Part shown: one piece after another, positions 20,060 through 29,884 of the stretch
Position numbering within the stretch: the stretch's first letter is position 1
How the letters are laid out: each line of letters starts with the position of its first letter
Assembly (NCBI GenBank): GCA_963699155.1
Contig: OY969414.1
Location: 1,131,757 to 1,195,756, forward strand
Source: an uncultured Chlamydiales bacterium
GTDB taxonomy: Bacteria; Chlamydiota; Chlamydiia; Chlamydiales; JAAKFR01
DNA: 64,000 nucleotides
Reading direction: 5' to 3'
Made by a program: the position numbers and the translations under genes
Notes under the pieces: generated by a model
The model's input: only the letters and a program-made list of their open reading frames with translations
What the model was told of the DNA's origin: nothing
The model's database searches: none

Positions 20060-21912
20060 GACTCCTCGGGGTAGAGTATCGAGGCAGAATGGCCTGTAAT
20101 TTTCCAGTTATGATGGGGCTTTGTTTTGAGGTAACCAAATCCTCCATATCGGGGCATCTCACTTGACCACATCTTATTCCAAATATGGCCTCGAGGTGGT
20201 GCTAAAAGTGGTTCTGAAGCAGGATAGAGGTGATAATCAATCCCCAAATTAATCAGAAGTAGACGGTCCCCATAAGAGGAGAAATAACGAATCAGGAAAA
20301 AGTCTTCATCGATCAAGGCGCCATCGACTGTGACCTCTGAGAAATGGCTAAAGACGGGATCCTTTTTGCGCATTTCGATCAAGTCACGGTGGAGCTGGTA
20401 GTGGGGTTGGTGTCTCTCTTTATCCTTCCAGTTGATTTTCGATTGTTGAAAGGTCTTTGGATCATGCGGAAAGGGGATTTTCTCTTGCACATCGGGATCG
20501 TCGATACTTTTGAACTGGGACATAAATTCTAACCTTCCAGAGAAAACCTTTTTCGCCAGCTCAGTAGGAAGTTCAGAAAAGTAGTGAAAGGGGGAGGAGG
20601 AGCCAAATTCTTGTCCTTGGAAAAAGAGTGGAATCTGCGGTGAAAGTAGCCAGAGTGTGGTCATAGTACGTACAAGGGCACGGTGGGCGAGTGTAAAGAG
20701 ATGGAGGGCGCTGCCTGTGTTGGCCACCTGATCATGGTTTTCAAGGAAGTTGATGAAAAGGTGGGGAGGAAAATCGATGGCAACCGTTCCTCGTTCATTG
20801 TTCTGCCACTGATACCATTGACCTTGCGAAAGAAAGTTGTATTTGAGAGAAGAGATGAATTCTTGGCACTTTCCCTTATACTCACTGAAATAGGCCTCAT
20901 TGTGCCCTATTAAGCGGACGAAAGCAGCATGATGGAAATCCTCATTCCATATGGCATCCATGGTAAAGCCCCCTTGATCGGCAGATTGGATCAGTTGGAC
21001 CGACTGCTTTTCATTCTCAGCAGTCACGTAAGTGGCTTTTTTGCCCCCTTTCTCCCTTACCTTCTGGGTGATTTCTAATAAAATGTGCCTTCTGCTCTCA
21101 TCTTGAATGGCATGGCAAGCATCGAACCTCAAACCATCGAAATGAAACTCTTCGATCCAGTAACCCCCATTTTCGATAAAAAATTGGCGCACAGGGCCGC
21201 TGTTTTCTTGATCAAAATTGATGGCGTCTCCCCATTCCGTTTTCTCTTTTTTAAAATAGTCATCAGAAAACTGCCCCAAAAAGTTACCATCAGGGCCAAA
21301 GTGGTTGTAAACAACGTCTAGGATAACTCCTAAGCCCATTTTGTGAGCTTCATTGATAAACTTGCGCAAGTCGTCAGGTCTCCCATAATTGTGACTTGGC
21401 GCAAAGAAATTGACTCCATCATACCCCCAATTGAAACGACCAGGAAATTCACAGATGGGCATCATCTCGATGACCGTGATGCCCAGCTCCAGGAGATGGG
21501 GCAATTTTTCTATAGCGGCGAGCCAACTTCCCTCTTGAGTAAAGGTTCCCACATGAAGTTCATAGAGGATCACCTTCTCCTTTTCGACAATCCCCCTCCA
21601 CTCTTCATCACTCCATTTAAAGGAATTTGGATCAATGACTTGTGACGGGCCATGGGGACCTTCCGGTTGAAAGCGTGATGCAGGATCGGGAAAAGAATCC
21701 TCTTCATCGAGAAGATAGCGATAAAGAATCTCTCCCTCTTTCTTTTTAATGCTACCTGAGAAATAGCCACCTGACTCAGCACTTAAGGCAAACTTTTTGC
21801 CTGACTGAAGCAGTACCTCAACCCTTTTTCTTTTAGGAGCCCAGACCCGAAAATGGAGCTCATCGTCGATCATCTCTGCGCCAATAGAGAGCCTTCGTTT
21901 CCCATTCTTCAT
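20056..21912 (-). CDS. treZ: malto-oligosyltrehalose trehalohydrolase (GH13)
   Basis: FRVWAP, PDPASRFQPEGPHGPS, YELHVGTF, WGYDG, DVVYNHFGPDGN, NHDQVAN; ATG 21912. Confidence 0.85.
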   Translation of the reverse strand: MKNGKRRLSIGAEMIDDELHFRVWAPKRKRVEVLLQSGKKFALSAESGGYFSGSIKKKEGEILYRYLLDEEDSFPDPASRFQPEGPHGPSQVIDPNSFKWSDEEWRGIVEKEKVILYELHVGTFTQEGSWLAAIEKLPHLLELGITVIEMMPICEFPGRFNWGYDGVNFFAPSHNYGRPDDLRKFINEAHKMGLGVILDVVYNHFGPDGNFLGQFSDDYFKKEKTEWGDAINFDQENSGPVRQFFIENGGYWIEEFHFDGLRFDACHAIQDESRRHILLEITQKVREKGGKKATYVTAENEKQSVQLIQSADQGGFTMDAIWNEDFHHAAFVRLIGHNEAYFSEYKGKCQEFISSLKYNFLSQGQWYQWQNNERGTVAIDFPPHLFINFLENHDQVANTGSALHLFTLAHRALVRTMTTLWLLSPQIPLFFQGQEFGSSSPFHYFSELPTELAKKVFSGRLEFMSQFKSIDDPDVQEKIPFPHDPKTFQQSKINWKDKERHQPHYQLHRDLIEMRKKDPVFSHFSEVTVDGALIDEDFFLIRYFSSYGDRLLLINLGIDYHLYPASEPLLAPPRGHIWNKMWSSEMPRYGGFGYLKTKPHHNWKITGHSASILYPEES

Positions 21913-21955
21913 AAACTTTATTTTACTGTAATAATAGGAGAGATTCAATAGAGGT

Positions 21956-22666
21956 CTAATAATCTGATTCGATTTCTCGAATCTCAAAACCCTCTTTCCT
22001 GCGTGCAGCCAGTGTGGCTGGTGGTAAAAAACTGAGATCGCGTGAGTTAAACTTCCACTGGATCAATTTTTTAACCATTTCCACTTTGAGATGGCTTTCT
22101 TTGGGTAGAAGGGGATGGGTCGACTCGTAAATCTGAATGGCAAAGAGCTTTTGACCCTTCTGGTGAAGGGCGGCGCCTAAGTCAACTAGCAGAGGTGCTT
22201 GATTTTCAGATGTATAAGTTAAGATCCGACTATAGATAATTTGCCAGTCCAAGCGGCTCTCGCTCTTTCCTGCCATTTGAATCAAATGTTTCAGTAAACT
22301 TGTCAGGATCTCCTCATCTCCTTTGGAGTCTTCTAATGCCTTCAAAAGAGTAAGAAGAGCTTCGTCGGAATCGCTAGGATGCTCTTGAGTCGCGGGGCGA
22401 TTGCGCCTAAAAAATGCCTCAGCCTTATTTTGCAGCACCCTTGCGCTGATGCTTGCCGCTTCCGAAGCAGTAGCCAGCAAATCCTCATTCTGCCATTCTG
22501 TTCTGGAAACAGTCGGAAATAGTTCTGTAGAAAGAGAAGCTTCTCTCGGTGGTGATGACATCCATTCCTTATACCACACTCGCAAATCTTTATGGAGAAG
22601 AGAGTGCCGTTTTGGTAAGTAGTCAATAAGTGGAGGCAAGGATTGGCTAAAGACTGTGTGTGGCAC
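21956..22666 (-). CDS. hypothetical helical protein
   Basis: 236-aa ORF, GTG start, no motif recognised. Confidence 0.55.
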   Translation of the reverse strand: MPHTVFSQSLPPLIDYLPKRHSLLHKDLRVWYKEWMSSPPREASLSTELFPTVSRTEWQNEDLLATASEAASISARVLQNKAEAFFRRNRPATQEHPSDSDEALLTLLKALEDSKGDEEILTSLLKHLIQMAGKSESRLDWQIIYSRILTYTSENQAPLLVDLGAALHQKGQKLFAIQIYESTHPLLPKESHLKVEMVKKLIQWKFNSRDLSFLPPATLAARRKEGFEIREIESDY

Positions 22667-22677
22667 AGTTGTGAGGT

Positions 22678-22940
22678 ATCTTTAACGCAGAGGCGCAGAG
22701 ACTCTGAGGTTCACAGAGAAAATCGCCTCTTTGAGCAAAGCTCAAAGCACCAGAAGAGAAAAGCCATTAAAGAAAAAGGGGTGATCAATGACAGTCGTAT
22801 TGAAGGCCCCTTTTTCTTTAATGGCTTTTCTCTTCTGATGTTTTTGGTGCATGCACCAAAAAAAGGCGATTTTTTTTCTTGCCTCGAGCGTTGGTCCCTC
22901 TCTGTGAACCTCAGAGTCTCTGCGCCTCTGTGTTGAAGAT
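22678..22940. repeat. nested palindromic (MITE/REP-like) element
   Basis: Outer IR of ~42 bp (22678-22719 / 22899-22940, ACGCAGAGGCGCAGAG type) and inner 31-bp IR (22751-22781 / 22807-22837). Confidence 0.8.
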
Positions 22941-23162
22941 GCCCATAGAGAATACGTAACTCAACTTGTGAGCTAAACTGCCTACCTCCAGTTTTTGATC
23001 ACTTACCCGTTTTGGATGAATTTTTTCCAGGAAAGGTGTTTATCAATTTCGGCTATCATCCCGGCCCCGCACTTTCTGGTGCTGGTTAAACCCTGAGGCA
23101 GTGAAAGCATCTCAGGTTATATCTTGCGGTGGTAATGCCTCGCCACTCCTGCCTGCGAATGG

Positions 23163-23756
23163 CGCTCACCCCCCTCCCCAAACCCCTCTCCCGCCCAGGC
23201 CTCAAGCCTTTTTTTGGGCTAGCAATACCTATTTTCTCGGGGTATGTGAAATCTTTTCTCTTAGTCTAGGGGATGATGCCGATCAATCTTGGCAATGTTG
23301 ACAATGTGGGCCTGTTCAGGAGGAGCTTCTCAATGCTTTTTGTGAAGCGGGAATGGAATGTTTCACTCTGAAAAAAGAGCCTTTAGAAGCCGAAGTAGAG
23401 GCCAGGGGTGATTCCTTGCATCCAGAAGTTGGTCTCTTTTGCATGGAAAGGAGGGGCAGGATCGATATTGAGATCGACTTGGACAAACAGCTTGAAATAT
23501 GGGCGGGAGAGGGGTTTGTGTCAGCGATGTCCTGCATCAAGTGTCAGCGATGTCCCGCGCCTATACAGGGGGGCGAGCGCAGCGAGGGGCCCTCCACATT
23601 CTATCCTTTAGCTCTCTCTCGTTTCTTTACTTGGGGAGGGCCCTTCGCTTCGCTCACCCCCCTCCCCAAACCCCTCCCCCGCCCGGGCCTCAAGCCATTT
23701 TTTGGGCTAGCAATACCTTTTTTCTGGGGGTATGTGAAATCTTTTCTCTTGGTCTA
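23163..23756 (+). repeat. ~105-bp imperfect direct repeat pair
   Basis: CGCTCACCCCCCTCCCCAAACCCC...GTATGTGAAATCTTTTCTCTT at 23163-23268 and 23651-23756. Confidence 0.8.
23374..23482 (-). repeat. 109-bp duplicate of the 3' end of the BBP7-like gene
   Basis: Matches 23953-24061 with 4 mismatches by manual alignment and includes the stop codon. Confidence 0.85.
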
Positions 23757-23961
23757 TGGTGCCTATATATATCGGTCCGTAATAAACTTCGATTATCCTT
23801 ACTTCTTTTAAGGCGACTGGCTCACAGAACCATAGGAAAAGCTGTTTTCTCCTTCTTTGATCAATGGCTTGCTCAACAAAAGACCCGAGACTGGGGATGC
23901 TTATGGGCCGAGGGCTGGCGTAAGGGCTGCCTCGAATATTATCTGGTCAGCTAAAGAGCCT

Positions 23962-25059
23962 TTAGAAGCCGAAGTAGAGGCCGGCGGTGACTCCTTGCAT
24001 CCAGAAGTTGGTCTCTTTTGCATGGAAAGGAGGGGCAGGATCGATATTGAGATTGACTTGGTTCCCTGATAAAGCGACCTTAGGCCAGTAGATCCAGGTA
24101 TAGCCGACGCTTCCCCAGATACAGCCTCGGAGGCGCACGCGGAGGAGAGCATCCACTTGGGGAACCGCTTCAAACAGCCTTTTGCCGTGACTACCGATAT
24201 TGGTAGGCTGCGTCAGAAGGCCATTATTAATAAAGGTAACGGCCTGATTAGTCAGATTGACGGTTACAGTAGAGCCCGAGAGATTGATTGTCTCCCGCAT
24301 CTTTCCTAAACCCACTTTGCCCGCCACTGAGAAGATCAACCTTCTTCTCCTATATTCCACCAACAAACCTAATAATCCTGAGTAGAAATCATTTCGGCAA
24401 TTGAAGCGATCGGTCAGGGTTTTATCAACTGAAGTAGCTCTCAAAAGGGTACGTGTGGAACTTTCGATTTTTAGATTATCTTGAACGCGGGTGAAGAGAA
24501 AACCGGCTAGAAAATCTGAAGAAAAGCCTTTTCGGCATAGCCAGCGGTAGCGGAAGTAACCATCAGCGCCCCAAACATAGTTGGTGGTATCGATAGCGAT
24601 GCGACCATCGACTGCTTGGTTGGGAATGGAGATAAAAAAAGCACTATTCGCTTGGCTTGATACATCGAAAAAAGGGAGCCCTAAGGTGGGTGTTCCGGCA
24701 TTTGACCCTTCGATTTCAAACTTCACCTTCTCCTGAGGCACTCCGAAGAAGCTACCCCCGATCCCCCAGCAGCGGTTCATCCAGAAGCCAATATCACATC
24801 GACCCCCAGATTTTCCCTTTCCACCCACATTTTTATCGCCAAAGAGAATCTCTGTCGTGGGATTACTGAGATCTGGGATGCCTGTGGAAGCCGTGGTCGC
24901 CAGGGGTGGGTAAAAGCGCTTTTTACGGTAGATCCACATGTAATCGAAGCTAGCCCACCACTTAGGCAGTTTATTGCCATAACAGCAGGGGTGATAGACA
25001 TAATAGGAAAAGGCGAGCTCAGGAATTAAGAGCAAAATCAGAAGAAATTTCAGCTTCAT
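23962..25059 (-). CDS. BBP7-like outer-membrane beta-barrel protein
   Basis: Signal peptide, PPLATT, alternating beta-strands, C-terminal FWMQGVTAGLYFGF. Confidence 0.75.
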   Translation of the reverse strand: MKLKFLLILLLIPELAFSYYVYHPCCYGNKLPKWWASFDYMWIYRKKRFYPPLATTASTGIPDLSNPTTEILFGDKNVGGKGKSGGRCDIGFWMNRCWGIGGSFFGVPQEKVKFEIEGSNAGTPTLGLPFFDVSSQANSAFFISIPNQAVDGRIAIDTTNYVWGADGYFRYRWLCRKGFSSDFLAGFLFTRVQDNLKIESSTRTLLRATSVDKTLTDRFNCRNDFYSGLLGLLVEYRRRRLIFSVAGKVGLGKMRETINLSGSTVTVNLTNQAVTFINNGLLTQPTNIGSHGKRLFEAVPQVDALLRVRLRGCIWGSVGYTWIYWPKVALSGNQVNLNIDPAPPFHAKETNFWMQGVTAGLYFGF

Positions 25060-25127
25060 GTTCCCCCCAGAAGACTACTCTTTCCATTAACACATTCTGA
25101 AAAGGAAATGCAATGGCATTTTCTCCT

Positions 25128-25302
25128 GGCTGTGTTGAAAAACCCCGAAGACGAAGCTTTTTGCGAGCCATTGGGAATGCTTGAGAAACGCCATCCACCC
25201 CTCTCTGTGTTCTCTGTGTGCTCTGTGGTGGTAAAAAAAAAGAAATACCACCACAGAGATCACAGAGCACACAGAGAGATTTAGTAGTTTTTCAACACAG
25301 CC
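25128..25302. mobile_element. 175-bp MITE with 16-bp terminal inverted repeats
   Basis: GGCTGTGTTGAAAAAC ... GTTTTTCAACACAGCC; flanks TTTTCTCCT / TTTTCCCCT (8/9, possible TSD); internal CACAGAG-type hairpin 25201-25278. Confidence 0.75.
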
Positions 25303-25391
25303 TTTTCCCCTTAATAATATATTTATATTGAAATTATATTTATTATTTAATATAAGTTTTGTAACTAATTTTAATTAAATGTAATAAAGAT

Positions 25392-25997
25392 ATGTCAGTT
25401 CATTTTCAAAGAAGTTTGTCAGCTATAGGAAGCTTTTCTTCAGATAAGGAAAACGGCGAACAAAAACCGATCGCTAAAGCGACCCAGGTGATTCAGGAGA
25501 GTGGCCAGCAAATCATGCAGCACATCGCAGCTGAAGCACCGCTCCCTGCTATAAAGGAAGTTAAGGAGGAATTGGCTGCAGCTGAGGAACAAGAAGAAGA
25601 GCCACTTTACCCAAAACACTCCGAGATCGTGCAAGATTTCTATAAACAGACCTTTCCCGACCTCAATGTCGAGGGGATCTTTAAAAATATCGAAAGAAAG
25701 GATGCCTATCGTGCTGGCGTCGAGGCAGGCAAAACGATCTTTAAAGGGCACCGTGCTGAGAAGGCGCTTCTCCAATGCGCTGAAGAGCTCTATTATCATG
25801 GCGCCGATCTTTCATTTATTGTTGGCTTAGTAGAAAAGGGGTGCGATTTTAAACTCCACCACCTCAGTCAAGATATGAAAGAAGGAGTTGAGAAAGAAGA
25901 GTTGACGTCAGACTTTGCCGAAGCATTTTTCATCCGAAATTATCACCCAGAAATCATTGGGCTGAGAAATTTGCTGACAACTTATCTATCGACATAA
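25392..25997 (+). CDS. hypothetical protein
   Basis: 201-aa ORF after an AT-rich promoter region; S-rich N-terminus. Confidence 0.65.
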   Translation: MSVHFQRSLSAIGSFSSDKENGEQKPIAKATQVIQESGQQIMQHIAAEAPLPAIKEVKEELAAAEEQEEEPLYPKHSEIVQDFYKQTFPDLNVEGIFKNIERKDAYRAGVEAGKTIFKGHRAEKALLQCAEELYYHGADLSFIVGLVEKGCDFKLHHLSQDMKEGVEKEELTSDFAEAFFIRNYHPEIIGLRNLLTTYLST

Positions 25998-26971
25998 CCC
26001 ATCATATCCTCAGGATAGCGGGGGCCGCTTGCTGTTCCTTGAGGAAGTGAGGAATCTAAGGCGGCCATTTCCTGCTTTGTGAGCGAGAGCTGGCACGCTT
26101 TGATATTCTCTTCGAGATATTTCCGCTGTTTGGTGCCAGGGATGGGGATGATGTCATTCCCTTTGTGGAGCAGCCAGGCGAGGGCAATCTGTGCGGATAT
26201 CGCCCCTTTGGCTTGTGCGATCTCTTGCACGAGCGTGACAATCTTCATATTGGCATCATAGTTTTTGCCTTGATACCTGTGATCCCGACGCCGATAATCA
26301 CCTTCTGGATACTCTTCCGCCCTTTTTGCAGCTCCAGTCAAAAAGCCGCGACCGAGTGGCGAGAAGGGGACAAGCCCAATGCCCAATTGACGCAGAAGAG
26401 GAATGATTTTTGGCTCCAGATTACGTTCCCAAAGGGAATATTCGCTCTGGAGTGCCGATATAGGATGGGTTTGATGGGCTCGACGAATATTCTCTTCACC
26501 AGCTTCAGAGAGTCCCAAAAAGCGGACCTTACCCTCTTTGATTAACTGGGCCATGACGCCCACAGCCTCTTCTATAGGTACCTTGGGATCCACACGGTGC
26601 TGGTAGAGAAGATCGATATAGTCGGTGTCGAGCCGTTTGAGAGAGTCATGCACCACCTTGCGGATATGTTCTGGGCGGCTGTCAACCCCTTGCACCTTGC
26701 CGTCAACCAACTTAAAGCCAAATTTCGTGGCGATCACCAGCTGTTCACGACGCACTCCTTTCAACGCTTTTCCCAAAAGCAGCTCATTCGTGAAAGGGCC
26801 ATACATTTCGGCAGTATCAAAGAAATTGATTCCTACTTCGATAGCACGGTGAATAGTCGCGATCGATTCAGTGTCGTTGGGCGTTCCATAGGACCAATTC
26901 ATGCCCATACAGCCCAAACCCATCTCAGAGACCTCTAAACCCTCTCTTCCCAACTTTCTCTTTTTCAGCAT
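25982..26971 (-). CDS. aldo/keto reductase
   Basis: GLGCMGM, FDTAEMYG, IDLLYQHRVD, PFSPLGRG, PIPGT; ATG 26971. Confidence 0.95.
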   Translation of the reverse strand: MLKKRKLGREGLEVSEMGLGCMGMNWSYGTPNDTESIATIHRAIEVGINFFDTAEMYGPFTNELLLGKALKGVRREQLVIATKFGFKLVDGKVQGVDSRPEHIRKVVHDSLKRLDTDYIDLLYQHRVDPKVPIEEAVGVMAQLIKEGKVRFLGLSEAGEENIRRAHQTHPISALQSEYSLWERNLEPKIIPLLRQLGIGLVPFSPLGRGFLTGAAKRAEEYPEGDYRRRDHRYQGKNYDANMKIVTLVQEIAQAKGAISAQIALAWLLHKGNDIIPIPGTKQRKYLEENIKACQLSLTKQEMAALDSSLPQGTASGPRYPEDMMGYVDR

Positions 26972-27005
26972 AGGTAAAAATTGTAGGATTTTGGCAATTT
27001 TCCTA

Positions 27006-27713
27006 CTAGTGCCCGACCGCAAAAATCTTGCTCCTCTGGTGTGTTTGATTCAAAATGCCTCTTTCCAAGGGGAGACTGTCGATCTGCGGGAGCTTTTCTG
27101 CCAAGAGATCGAGAGCATTCTCCACCTGCCTCAGGTCAAAGCTATCTACAAAAAAGAGAACTCGTTTTGTCTTGAGATCGATACAACTTTCTGCTGAGTC
27201 CTTATGGTTCCAGAGCCAACAGAGGATGCGCGCTTCATCAGCATAAACCAGGTGGTGTGGTGAGGTCTCGATAGGCTTTCCCTCGCCTAAAGGTAAGAAT
27301 TTTTCTCCCTCTTCAGCATAGCGGATCATCAGGTTCCCCGAGAGTTTGTCAATATCATAACCTCCCATCGGCAACAGCGTCAAAACAGAACAGCAATTGT
27401 AAAGATCGACGACAGGATGGATCTTCCAAATCTCTTTTCCCGTGACAACACGCCTGACAAGCGCTTCAATTGAGGAGCGGTAGCTTTTAGGATTCACTCC
27501 AAAGTCCTCCTGATAGATTTTACGCCAGATTGCTATCAAGGGTTGAGCGACGAAATTGGTCGCATTGATTCCCTGATTAGTGAGATGGTCTGGCAGCTGC
27601 TTTTTAAACTCTTCCAAATAGCCATCGCTGCATAGTTCAACTTGCGCCGTCAGAAAACCGATCTGTGCCTCCGGATAGTGTTCAAAGACCTTTTTTTCTA
27701 TGGTGATCTCCAT
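27006..27713 (-). CDS. B3/4 domain protein (PheRS-beta editing-like)
   Basis: YRSSIEALVRRV, VVDLYNCCS, LPMGGYDID, CWLWNHKD; GGAGG RBS before ATG 27713. Confidence 0.85.
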   Translation of the reverse strand: MEITIEKKVFEHYPEAQIGFLTAQVELCSDGYLEEFKKQLPDHLTNQGINATNFVAQPLIAIWRKIYQEDFGVNPKSYRSSIEALVRRVVTGKEIWKIHPVVDLYNCCSVLTLLPMGGYDIDKLSGNLMIRYAEEGEKFLPLGEGKPIETSPHHLVYADEARILCWLWNHKDSAESCIDLKTKRVLFFVDSFDLRQVENALDLLAEKLPQIDSLPLERGILNQTHQRSKIFAVGH

Positions 27714-27805
27714 TTGACCTCCTTTTAAATTACAGCTCAATTTTAAACGTTGCCTGAAAATTAGAAAAATTAATAAAATTCATTTCCTATAAGTATTGTT
27801 AATAT

Positions 27806-28699
27806 ATGATCGATTATCGTGGCTTAGAGGCCCTTCACACCATCCTAGAGCAGCAATCCTTCGAAGGCGCAGCGATAGTTTTACATATCAGCCAGTCTGC
27901 TGTCTCACAAAGGCTCAAACAGCTAGAAACGGCCTACGGGGAACCTCTGCTGATTCGCACCCTTCCTTATCGATTAACTCCTATCGGGGAACTCCTTTTA
28001 GCACACTACAGCCAAGTCTCACTCCTCGAAGAGAGCTTGAGCCACGCTTTGGGCTCTTCTCCCGCTTCGCAAAGGATTGCTATCGCGATCAATCGCGACA
28101 GTCTAGAGACCTGGTTTTTGGAACTGATTGACGAAACCTCACTTTTTAGTGGAGTGTTTCTCGAAGTGTTCAGTGACGATCAAGAGCTCACTTTAGAATA
28201 CCTTAAAAAAGGAGAGGTTTCTGCCTGCCTCTCGACTGCCTCTAAGGAGATTTTAGGTGGAAGGGTCGATGCACTTGGTACGATGGATTATCTCCTCGCT
28301 GCCTCGCCCGCGTTCATTAAAAAATATGGCTTTAAAAAAGCTCCTGAGCTGGCTCTCAGGAGAGCGCCGGCTCTCAAGTTTGATCAACAGGACCGATTGC
28401 ATGAACGCTATCTAGAGAGGTTCTATGGCATAGATGGCAGAGAGCTCTCTTTTCATCTCCTCCCTTCAGTGAGAGGTTTTAAGAAGTTTGTGATGGCAGG
28501 TTATGGATATGCTCTTCTTCCTCTTATCGATATCAGAGAGGAATTGGCAAGTGGACAGCTTATAGCGATCGACAGTGAACGGATCTGGAAGATCCCCCTC
28601 TATTGGCACTCCTATGCGATCCAATCCTCAGTTTATGAGAAATTCAATAGGGAGATGATCGCTCAAATTAAAAAGAGAATCAAATTTCCTTCGCCCTAA
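27806..28699 (+). CDS. LysR-family regulator, ArgP/LysG subfamily
   Basis: SFEGAA...ISQSAVSQRLKQLE, IAINRDSLETWF, DDQELT, PLYWH. Confidence 0.9.
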   Translation: MIDYRGLEALHTILEQQSFEGAAIVLHISQSAVSQRLKQLETAYGEPLLIRTLPYRLTPIGELLLAHYSQVSLLEESLSHALGSSPASQRIAIAINRDSLETWFLELIDETSLFSGVFLEVFSDDQELTLEYLKKGEVSACLSTASKEILGGRVDALGTMDYLLAASPAFIKKYGFKKAPELALRRAPALKFDQQDRLHERYLERFYGIDGRELSFHLLPSVRGFKKFVMAGYGYALLPLIDIREELASGQLIAIDSERIWKIPLYWHSYAIQSSVYEKFNREMIAQIKKRIKFPSP

Positions 28700-28733
28700 G
28701 GCGAAGGAAATCTTCAGCATAAGTAATCTTGAA

Positions 28734-28934
28734 TTATCTGTTTTCGCGTTTCTGTTTTTCTTCTCGTGGCTGAGCATTTTTACGCTCTTCTTGTTGCTCT
28801 GGTCTCTGTTGACGATCTGGTCTTTGTTGTTCTGGTCTCTGCTGTGGTTTGTGCTGTTCAGCAGCTTTTCTAGGAACATCAGATCTTTCTTCAGGTGACT
28901 TATGTTGAGCTTGTTTTTCTTCTCTTGGTGACAT
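28734..28934 (-). CDS. small Q/E/R-rich hydrophilic protein
   Basis: GGAGG RBS, QQRPE repeats. Confidence 0.55.
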   Translation of the reverse strand: MSPREEKQAQHKSPEERSDVPRKAAEQHKPQQRPEQQRPDRQQRPEQQEERKNAQPREEKQKRENR

Positions 28935-29040
28935 AAAAACCTCCGTTTAAAGGAATTACCCCATGAGTCCATTATCACAGCATGGACTCAATAATTCAAC
29001 TAAAGATTTGATTTTAATGAGAGTAAATAAAAATTAAATT

Positions 29041-29076
29041 AAGAAAAAAGCGAAGGACCCATAGGGGCCCTTCGCT
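29041..29076 (-). terminator. intrinsic terminator of the histone-like gene
   Basis: AGCGAAGG/CCTTCGCT stem followed by a T-tract on the minus strand. Confidence 0.75.
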
Positions 29077-29096
29077 AAAGAAGTGATAAAAGGAGG

Positions 29097-29615
29097 TTAT
29101 CTAGCCCAACGAGCTCTAGCACTAGCTCTGCGAGCGTAGCTTACTTGGCTGGGGCTGTAGTGGCCCCAACGAGCAGCAGCACCAGCTCTTCCAGCCTTAG
29201 CATGCTGCCGACGGCTTCCACCGCGCGTTGAGGAGGAACGCGCATGTGAAGCAGAGGCGCTAGATCTGCGAGCAGTTGAGGTGCGTCTTGTGGTTCTACG
29301 AGCAGCAGAGACGCGTCTTGTGGGTTTACGAGCTGGAGAGGCGCGTCTTGTCGATTTGCGAGCTGGAGAGGCGCGTCTTGTGGGTTTACGAGCTGTAGAG
29401 GCACGTCTTGTCGTTTTACGTGCAGTAGCAACTCTTTTGGTTTTTCTTCGTGTTGTTGTTGCTTTTTTGGCACGAGAAGCTGAAGCAGTACGTTTGCTTT
29501 TGCTTCTTCGTGAGCTTGCAGATCTCGATGAAGTCTTGCCCCAACGAGCTAAGGCAGCTTTTCTTGCTGCAGCACTTCTACGAGCCGCCGATGATTTTGT
29601 TTTTCTTGTGGTCAT
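29097..29615 (-). CDS. histone H1-like basic repeat protein (Hc2/HctB-like)
   Basis: Extremely R/K/A/S/T-rich; five 30-bp repeats (ARKPTRRASP-like) at ~29281-29430; ARWG motifs. Confidence 0.7.
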   Translation of the reverse strand: MTTRKTKSSAARRSAAARKAALARWGKTSSRSASSRRSKSKRTASASRAKKATTTRRKTKRVATARKTTRRASTARKPTRRASPARKSTRRASPARKPTRRVSAARRTTRRTSTARRSSASASHARSSSTRGGSRRQHAKAGRAGAAARWGHYSPSQVSYARRASARARWAR

Positions 29616-29850
29616 ATTTACCCCGTTTTTAATTTAAAAAATAACAGAGACTTTCAATCCGAATTATAGAAATAAATTTTATTTTATAACTAACTAAAAA
29701 TTCAAAAAATTACTCGAATTGTTTCAAATTATTAAATTTTAAAAAAGAAAACTCACTCTGAGAGATTTTTAATTATTGATTTTCAATAATTTAAAATCGC
29801 CCGCTCTCTGAGATAGAATAAAAATAAATTCTGATATTTTTTTTGTAAGA

Positions 29851-29878
29851 GGGGACTCCTTTGCATTAAGGAGTCCCC
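29851..29878 (-). terminator. hairpin downstream of the carrier gene (possible terminator)
   Basis: Perfect 11-bp stem GGGGACTCCTT/AAGGAGTCCCC; weak T-tract. Confidence 0.5.
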
Positions 29879-29884
29879 CGATTC

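Noticed and set aside
22643..24173. Several short ORFs (e.g. 22643..22936, 23353..23811, 23499..23954)
   Set aside because: They are translations of palindromes and duplicated segments or antisense to the BBP7 tail
29141..29637. Alternative-frame and antisense ORFs over the histone-like gene
   Set aside because: Open only because of the 30-bp repeats; the basic protein has the terminator and a coherent composition
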